Shown: positions 54,729-64,000 of the stretch, piece by piece
Position numbering within the stretch: position 1 is the stretch's first letter
Layout: each line of letters begins with the position of its first letter
DNA from: Octopus vulgaris
Taxonomy: Eukaryota
NCBI GenBank assembly: GCA_951406725.2
Contig: OX597842.1
Coordinates: 29,636,001 to 29,700,000, forward strand
DNA length: 64,000 nucleotides
Reading direction: 5' to 3'
The notes under the pieces: model-generated
The model's database searches: none
What the model was told of the DNA's origin: nothing
What the model saw: the letters and a program-made list of their open reading frames with translations, nothing else
Position numbers and translations under genes: made by a program

Positions 54729-55557
54729 TTTTACGTATATACTCTTTACTCCTTTATTCTTTTACTTGTTTCAGACATTTGACTGCAGCCATGCTGGAGC
54801 ACCGCCTTTTGTCGAGCAAATCAACCCCGGGACTTATTCTTTGTAAGCCCAGTACTTATTCTATCGGTCTCTTTTGCCGAACCGCTAAGTTTACTGTTTT
54901 GTTTCAGTCATTTGACTGCGGCCATGCTGGAGCACCGCCTTTTGTCGAGCAAATCAACCCCGGGACTTATTCTTTGTAAGCTCAGTACTTATTCTATCGG
55001 TCTCTTTTGCCGAACCACTAAGTGATGGGGACGTAAACACACCAACATCGGTTGTCAAGCAATGCTAGGGGGACAAACACAGACACAAAAACACACATAC
55101 ACATATATACGACGGGCTTCTTTCAGTTTCCGTCTACCAAATCCACTTACAAATACACTTCCATAAATACATATGTACATACATACATACAGGTATAAAA
55201 ACAGACATGCATACGTAATTACATATATATACATACACGCATACATGTATAACAAAATATGATAGCAGAGTGTGTAAAGTAATATTTTTAAGTTCAATGA
55301 TTAACTTAAAACCAACTGGAATTAATTCCAACCTTTTCAGCTGCTATTGCTAGACAGCCGTTCATCCGACCTTTCAACAGGTCTTGTTTTTAATTTTGTT
55401 GGGTTTCAAGCAACGCTCCTCATGTGGATATCCAGGTGGGGTTGCCAGTTTAGTTGCTGACAACCCGACCATGCAACATGTTGTACTGGGTTCCATGTTA
55501 CCAGCAGCACTTATGAGAGCCTTGTAAGTGACCTGACATACAGACAGACATACATAG

Positions 55558-55589
<32 letters not shown>

Positions 55590-58520
55590 TTGCATACTTA
55601 CAAACACATACATACAGACATACATACATGCATGCACACATACATACATACAAACATACATGCATGCATACATACATACATACATACATGCATACACACA
55701 TACATGCATACACACATACATGCATGCATACATACATGCATACATGCATGCATACATACATACATACAGCATGCATGCATCCATACATGCATGCATACAT
55801 AGATACATACATATATATTTGCATGCTGACAAACACATCCCTACACACATACGTACAAACATACACACACACATATACATATATGCATGCATACATAAAT
55901 ACATAAGCACATACATGCAGATTCATACATGCATGCAAACACACATACATACACATATATACACACATACATATGCACCACCAGTTTTAGACGTATCAGT
56001 TTTCCGATTCAGTGTTTTGTCCGACATTTGAAATCAGGATAAAAATTCTTAAAATATTTGAAACGAACTCAAAATAAAGAAACAGGATAGAAATTGATTG
56101 TTGCATAACAAAATATGATAGCAGAGTGTGTAAAGTAATATTTATGTTGACCGATTTCTCAATCAAAACGTGACTAACATCTCAGGTTTGGCACTATAGG
56201 TTGACGATATGAAATTACGCGAGGTGTCTATTATTCTCGTTAATTTAAGAAAAGTGATCCTCTCTAAATTTAACAATGATTATCTTGTTGCTGGTGGTGG
56301 TGGTATTTTGTGTGTGTGTGTGTGTGTGTATTTGATATTGTTGGCATTGTTATTGTTGTTGCCCTCTCTTCCAGTTATCTGATCAAATGGCTGAATTGCA
56401 GCCACACATATATTGTCCCTGATATACATATGACTGCATCAAGCTGACACCATAGAACACGGGTTCGATGTGTGTCGCGGGAAATGCGGCCACGTCTACC
56501 TCTTGTGCTATCTCTAGTGAACATTTGATTCTAGTGAGTTCAAATTTTAGATGTTGTTCAACTCCCAGATTACCTCTAGTCCAAAAATCATTTACTTAAA
56601 AACGTTCTAGCCATGACCATCCTGTCTTTTGGATATGAGTAATGTTGAAATTACATTATCTACAATAGCCTTTCTTTCTTATAAAAGTAAGGTGTGAGCT
56701 GAGTGAGGTTTAGCTGCTTTTTCTATCGGGTCATCACAATAGCCAATTGAGAGCTTTGCAGTAATTGTTGCAGTTGTCTGTGTTCTGAGATCAAATCCAG
56801 CTGAAGTCAAATTCTACAGGGTCAATAGATAAACTACTAGATATTGCTACAACACCTTAGAAATGCATTGATCCCATTAAGGGTCCAACTCAAGACATTT
56901 GAATAAATCACAGAGTTGGTCTGAGCAGAAATGTGTAGGTCAGTTGTAATTGTGGTTGTGGTAGTGTTGATGATGCAGGTGGTGGTGGTGGTGGTAATGG
57001 TATAGGTTGCAGAAGTGATGGTGGTTGGGGTCATGGTGATAGTGGTGGTCCTTTTTGCAAGGAAAGGTCAGTTTTGGAGTAGTTGTAGCTGTTTAGCCCC
57101 CTTTCAGCCCAGGTCTTTGAAAACCTTGAATCAAAGACACTCCACCCATGACATACTCTTTGGATTAACTTTACACACAATCCCACCACTGGTTGAAAAT
57201 ATTAAGTAGCAATAATATACTGTTCCTGTTTATCTCATCTAATTCTCTTTCTTAGGTTTTGAGGCCTTATGTAGGCTATGGGCGCTGCCATACTTTCCTC
57301 CACTAATTAATTAGCATGCTTTATGCACAAATACTTTATATGCATATATATGTGCATCAGTCTATGATTGCTACATGCACATACTGCATGCACATGTATA
57401 TGTTTATGTATATATCATCATCATCGTTTAACGTCCGTTTTCCATGCTAGCACGGGTTGGACGGTGTGACCAGGGTCTGGGAAGCCAGGAGGCTGCACCA
57501 GGCTCCAGTCTGATCTGGCAGTGTTTCTACAGCTGGATGTCCTTCCTAACGCCAACCACTCCGTGAGTGTAGTGGGTGCTTTTTACGTGCCACCGACACA
57601 GGCCACAGGAGGCTGGCAACGTCCACGATCATCTGGTACTTTTTACGTGCCACAGGCACATGTATCACAACTACAAGTTCCATATGATTTTTATTTTGAT
57701 GTTGACCTTCCCTGTTTGAAGGTTATAATGGACACAGGTTCGTGTGTCACATAGCTAGCTAGCGGCGACGGCCTCTTGGAGTTAATCAACGGCAGCATTC
57801 GTCCTATATTTATTGAGTGCCATATTAGCTTTGTGATAACTATTAATATCCAGTATCGCTGCCGTAGTCTCCTTTAGAGAGACTTAGAAATAATAATATT
57901 TCTATATTGATATATATATATGTGTGTGTGTTTGTTTGTGCATGTGTATACATACAGATAGACAGACAGACAGAAGGGAGAAAGCTAATTCAAAGACTAC
58001 AGATCCAATCCATCACTGGAATTGTAAGAATCTGTAAAACTTTCCAGAAGTTTACCATTTAAATATATATGAGTATGTCTAGATGTGCAGCTATATGCAT
58101 GAGAATACATACATGAAACAAAGAAATCTGCATGCACATACATACATACATACATACATACATTCTCTGTTGTTGATATTGAAAAATTCTAATGAAGGTG
58201 ACTTGGATCTAGGTTAGAACCCAGTTCTTTCTGTATTGGCAAGAAATCTTGAAATAAAGATGATTGGCCGTTGCTATGGCCTGCTCATCAAACTGCAATT
58301 CTTCACATTATTCTCAGGACAAAATGTATAAGTGACAAAGAGCATGACATTCTCCCTGAGCAGGGCACTAGTCAATCGCAGGGTTATTTATTTACAGCTC
58401 AGTTGATGGGAACAATGTGAAATGAGGTATTCATCTGAGGACCTCTAAGCACCACCCTCTGGGAATCGAAATCATGAACACACATGTTCATGATGTGTGT
58501 GTGTGTGAGTGTGATTGTGT

Positions 58521-58562
<42 letters not shown>

Positions 58563-60416
58563 TGTCAGGCTTTTATTTGTCATGAAATCAAAAAGATTTA
58601 AATCGGCTTTATATAATAAGTTCCTTACGTAGGTGCGCGCACCCCTGTATATGTGTGTGTGTGTGTACGTGCACGTGTGTGTAAGTACGTACATACATGC
58701 ACAGAGTTTTTCAAAAAATTATGAAAAGCTTACGTCGTACTAAATGAACTGAATTACATTTTGAAAGGATAAATTGTAAACAACATTCAAGGTTACAGAA
58801 ATTCGGGTCATAGTTTGGGTCATGGTGATAGTGGTGGTCCTTTTTGCAAGAAAAGGTCAGTCTTGGAGTAGTTGTAGCTGTTTAGCCCCTTTTCAGCCCA
58901 GATCTTTGAAAACCTAGAATCAAAGACACTCCACCCGTGACATACTCTTTGGATTAACTTTACACACAATCCCACCACTGGTTGAAAATATTAAGTAGCA
59001 GTAATATACTGTTCCTGTTTATCTCATCTAATTCTCTTTCTCAGGTTTTGAGGCCTTGTGTAGGCTATGGGCACTGCCTTACTTTCTTTCACTAATTAAT
59101 TAGCATGCTTTATGCACAAATACTTTATATGCATATATATGTGCATCAGTCTATGATTGTTACATGCACATACTGCATGCACAGGTATATGTTTATCTGT
59201 TTGTGTTTGTACATACATAAAAACAACACAAGAATCCCAAAACGAACTTCAAAACAATATATCTCAAAATAATAAGGGGAATATCCGAGTGGATTTTGAC
59301 ATCAAATTACCAATCGAACCCCGATTGATCCAGGTACACTCCAAGGCTGGCCATTTTGCTGGTTGACTGTCTATTCAACGTCAAATTACTTTTCATCAGT
59401 GAACAGCAGTTAGGGCAGCATGCCTTCAACAATCTCCTTGGAGAGTATTATGATTGTATTTTGGTCTATAGCCATTATCTGAGCTATAAATCTGAATTTA
59501 TTTGGTCTGAAGCAAACACAAAACCCACTATCTATTGTTAGTCATTAAAGCCTGAAACTTTGGTTGCCTTAATTTCTGAACACCAATATAAACACCACCC
59601 AATACACGCATTATCATTATTTCCCTCTCTCTCTCTCTCTCCATATATATATATATACACGCAAGTACTCATACGTAAGTACGTACGCACAAACGTATGT
59701 ACATACATAGAATATCATTTTAACTCATAATTTCTTTGTAGACGAACTGAAGATTTATGCTAAAAGTGTTAACAATGCTTAAAACCAACTGGAATGAATT
59801 CCAACCTTTTCAGCTGATTTACACTTCATAGCCGTTCATCCGACCTTTCAACAGGTCTTGTTTTTAATCCTGCTGGGTTTTTAGCTACCCTCCTCATCTG
59901 GATATCCAGGTGGGGTTGCCAGTTTAATTGCTGACAACCCAACCATGCAACATGTTGTACTGGACTCCATGTTACCAGTAGCACTTATGAAAGGCTCATA
60001 AGTGACTTGAGATACATGCATGCATGCAAGCATACATATATAGATGCATACATACATACATACATACATACATACATACATACATACAAACATACATACA
60101 AACATACATACGTGCATGCATACATACATGCATACATGCATACATACATACATACATACATACTGCTGTAAGCTGCAAAGATGGCCAATTTGATAACAAA
60201 AAGTATTAAATTCCTTATCTGTAATTTCTTTTAAATGAATATAAACCATGTGCTTAATAAGATCTATATATAATATATATGCTTAATATAGATCTAATGT
60301 TTTAAGGGAATTTCATTCCCCCAAAATTCTAGGTATTGAATCAGTATTTCCTTGAATACAACTATCCCTTCAAAAGGCTAACATAACCCCTAATTACATA
60401 TATACATATATATTTA

Positions 60417-60459
<43 letters not shown>

Positions 60460-61094
60460 TTGTTAAATACATTATATGTATGTACATACATATATATATT
60501 ATATGAATGTATGCATGTATGTATGTGGGCATATATTTATTTCGGTTTTACATATTTTTCTAAATTCACACAAAAGGGTGACCTAAGTTTAGAATAAAGA
60601 CAAGTCCCACCCATGCTAGCATGAAAAGCGGACGCTAAACGATGACGATGATGATATTGATACGTACATGCACAGAGTTTTTCAAAAATTAGGAAAAGCT
60701 TACGTCATACTAAATGAATTGAATTACACTTTGAAAGGATAAATTGTAAACAACATTTAAGGTTACAGAGATTCAAGTCACTTAAGGAGTGGCTTGATAT
60801 TGAGTGAATGTAATATAAGAAGATAGAAAGTATAGACAAATAAAATTCCACGAAAAACACAATGAATAGCCTTATTGGCTGAGACGACTTACCTCCTGAT
60901 TATTATTTAACTAAGAAACTAAAACCAGTTTGTTCATTACAGCGAGAGAAATCCAACTGAAAACCTCGAAACAAACTTACTCAGGTGAAAACCTTAAAAC
61001 TCAAACTTATCCAACTGAAAACTTCTGATTCAAGGTAAGGAAAAAATTTTCTTGTCTTAAATCTTGTCATATATATATTTATATAATATTTTAT

Positions 61095-62215
61095 CCTTTA
61101 CTACTGAAAGCTGCGGCCATGCTGGGGCACACTGCTATTACTGAGAACCTCCTCTGATATGTGGTATTTGGTCAATAAGGGAGTTTGATATCATTGCCCT
61201 CATTTGCGCCTCCTGCTGCAAGGTAGGTTCATCTGGGATTCTCAACTGGAAGAAGTTCAGTTTTCTTTTGAAAACACCTACATCCACTTTGTGTAGGTCC
61301 CTCACGCTCTTTGGGAGAATATCAAAAAGCTGTAGGCACTTGAAACCCAGGCTGTTGCAGTAAATGGTCCTGAAATGTTGGGATCTTTGGCACTGTGCAA
61401 TGGTGACCCGTTCTGGCATTTGTGTAGCTTTCAAATTTGGTACAATCCCTTCCAGGATCTTCCAGATGTATATTACTGCATATCTACCCCATCTTCATTC
61501 TAGGAAATAGAGTCTTATCTGTTTCAGCCTTCCCCAGTAGCTGAGCTGTTGCAATGAGATGATCATCTTTTAGTAGCTTCGCTGGATTGCTTCAAGGTCC
61601 ACTGTTAATTTTACAGTGTGGGGTGACCGTTGTTAGGAGCAGTAGTTCAGGCGGCTGAGGATTAATGTCCTCCAGCAGACCATCATGGTTTCTTTCTCTC
61701 TGGTTCTGAAGGTTCTCAGAATCCATCCAGCCTGCCGTCTGCACTTCGTTGTCATCTTGTTAAAGTGCACTTGGAAAGAGGTATCGTCACTCATGTTGAT
61801 ACCCAGATCACGCACGAGATTGTAATCCTCCCCTGGGCCAGTATACCCTGTATGTGTTCCATTCAATTTTGGGTGCTAGTAGCACAAGGCTTGAAATTTT
61901 CCAGCATTAAACTGCATATTATTGTCCTCAACCCATCTGTAAATTGCATCCAACTCCTGCTGCAGGCATGCAATATTGCTGGGGTTCTGTATTTTCTGCG
62001 AGACTAACATGTTGTCTCCGTAGCTAGCAAGGGTATCCAGGCAGCTGAGAGCATATCTGAGAGGGCCACTATGAAAATCGGTGGCTGGCCCTAAGACAGT
62101 GCCCTGTGGAACACCACTCACTATTTGTGGTTCCGTTGAAGTGGTACCACTGGCTACCACTGCCTGACTTCTGTCTTTCAGAAAGCCATGTAACCATTCT
62201 CCAAGGTTTCCAGCT
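61095..62215 (-). mobile_element. Decayed CR1/L2-group LINE, 3' half
   Basis: SGVPQGTVLGP, SYGDN (YADD remnant), LQQELDAIYRW..NNMQFNAGKF, VRDLGI, GWILRTF and LNYCS. It is frameshifted, and its 3' tail is GTGCCCCAGCATGGCCGCAG. Confidence 0.88.
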
Positions 62216-62815
62216 GAACAAATAATTTTTTGAGTTTCCTGTTCATCCTGATGTGGGGGTCATTGTCGAGATGTGCCTTAACTCGTAATCGAATCGCAGC
62301 AATGAACTCCTAAAATGGCCATAGGTGTGTTTGACTTGATTTTGTGGAACTCTTTTTGATCCTGGACGCTAACCTACCATGGTTTTTATGAACTGAACTT
62401 TTTTGATGTACTCTTTTGTTTGAGGGGAGTAAGAAAAATTTTTTTTAGTTGATTGATATTTTCTTTTATTTTATTTGGATTTTTAGTAGCATGACACGAT
62501 TTAGAATTTTGGGTTGATTGTATATACCTTCTTGATAGGCCGTTCTATATACCTGCATTTTTTTCGCATATATATTTTTTACCTTTGATGTTTTTTTATA
62601 TATGTATGCTTTATATGTTTAAGCACCATGGTAATATTTATATATGATCAAATGTTTGGAGGTACGGTGTTATATATAAAGTCATGGACTCGAATTTGAC
62701 GTTTGTTTTATGATCAATGTTTCTTTATCTCTGTCTCAATTACATTTGAGCACTTCTTTTTTGTAGTCTTATAAACCCTTTGTTTCCATAAAAAGGAGAC
62801 AGAAATTATTTCTTG

Positions 62816-62861
<46 letters not shown>

Positions 62862-62913
62862 ATTGGTGAATTGAAGAAATGGAGCTGAACGCAGATTGAA
62901 CAGAAATCGTTTT

Positions 62914-63005
62914 ATTTCATTCTACACGTGTTTCAAAAGGCACAAATTACCAAAATCCGATTGAATAATGGGACCATATTGTGTCTTTCTCTTCAGGAAG
63001 AAAAT
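62914..63005 (-). ncRNA. Type I hammerhead motif family D (long stem II), left arm
   Basis: ATTTTCTTC-CTGAAGA-GAAAGACACAA...TTGTGCCTTTT-GAA-ACACGTGT-A-GAATGAAAT. Intact core, palindromic stem III, GUA triplet. Confidence 0.8.
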
Positions 63006-63882
63006 AGGAAATCCGTTGGAAAAACAAAAACAGAACAGAGGCGGAGCAAAAACAAATCGAACTATGCTCCTAAGAGCCCATGGCGAAACTGTTTATCAGT
63101 GTATGTTGAGAACCGGTGGCTGAAGAATTTAACGGGTCAGGCATCGGTCAATCATGTGGGTGAGGGTGTGTGGGTGTTCTTTGTGACCGAGAATAAAGTT
63201 CTGACTATTTAAGGAATATTGGATGTTTTATAAGGGGCGAGAAAAATCTACTTAGAGACGTGTGTGTGTGTATACTGTTCTATATATGTGTGTGTTGGCG
63301 TAGGGGTAGAAAACATTTTTTGTGTACGTGTGTGCGTTTGATCGTTCGGCTGTCAGTGGCTACTGCCGCGAGAACCGTTGGGTGGCAGAAAAAAATATAT
63401 ATATATTATGTTTTATGTGTGTGTGTGTTCATCTAAGCCTGCCTTGTCAAGGAAACCCCCCGCTGTGAAAAAACCAAGCCCCGTTTGTCTTACAGGAGTA
63501 ATTCCCCTGGAGTAAATCGCGGCAGTAGCCACTGACAGCCGAACGATCAAACGCACACACGTACACAAAAAATGTTTTCTACCCCTACGCCAACACACAC
63601 ATATATAGAACAGTATACACACACACACGTCTCTAAGTAGATTTTTCTCGCCCCTTATAAAACATCCAATATTCCTTAAATAGTCAGAACTTTATTCTCG
63701 GTCACAAAGAACACCCACACACCCTCACCCACATGATTGACCGATGCCTGACCCGTTAAATTCTTCAGCCACCGGTTCTCAACATACACTGATAAACAGT
63801 TTCGCCATGGGCTCTTAGGAGCATAGTTCGATTTGTTTTTGCTCCGCCTCTGTTCTGTTTTTGTTTTTCCAACGGATTTCCT

Positions 63883-63973
63883 ATTTTCTTCCTGAAGAGA
63901 AAGACACAATATGGTCCCATTATTCAATCGGATTTTGGTAATTTGTGCCTTTGAAACACGTGTAGAATGAAAT
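63883..63973 (+). ncRNA. Type I hammerhead motif family D, right arm
   Basis: As the left arm, with one fewer T at the base of stem II. Confidence 0.78.
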
Positions 63974-64000
63974 AAAACGATTTCTGTTCAATCTGCGTTC

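Larger units (their letters stand above)
62887..64000. repeat. Near-perfect inverted repeat, arms 62887-63371 and 63517-64000 (may extend past the window), 145-bp spacer; probable Penelope-type inverted pseudo-LTRs
   Basis: The arms are reverse complements with one 1-nt indel seen, and the identical peptide appears in ORFs 62928+ and 63927-. Each arm carries an HHR followed by AATAAA. Confidence 0.93.

Noticed and set aside
61062-62827. TCTTGTCATATATATAT direct repeat as a target-site duplication
   Set aside because: Only about 8 nt are non-microsatellite, so a chance match is plausible.
62928-63212. 94-aa ORF and its 83-aa mirror at 63676-63927
   Set aside because: Antisense to the hammerhead-bearing strand, duplicated only because of the inverted repeat, and without a recognisable motif.

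Overview
Eukaryotic, AT-rich, microsatellite-dense DNA with no intact host gene that I can support. The repeat families (RTE LINEs with (GAT)n tails, tRNA-type SINE tails, Penelope-like elements) resemble a cephalopod/Octopus-type genome, which is an inference. About 9.6-60.8 kb is a tandem array of ~9-kb composite units: five full units, a 5.2-kb unit lacking the Penelope cassette, and a short remnant. The units are built from nested transposon fragments and show presence/absence polymorphisms and mosaicism. The main hidden signal is a dense set of type I hammerhead ribozyme (HHR) motifs from at least four sequence families, each with a palindromic stem III. They include (i) a 363-bp retrozyme-like monomer whose core carries a U3-A8 swap in place of C3-G8, (ii) an HHR with a branched stem II, repeated once per full unit, and (iii) an outward-facing HHR pair in a ~485-bp near-perfect inverted repeat at the window end. 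Most listed ORFs are microsatellite artefacts. All coordinates and folds were read by eye, and ribozyme activity is untested.
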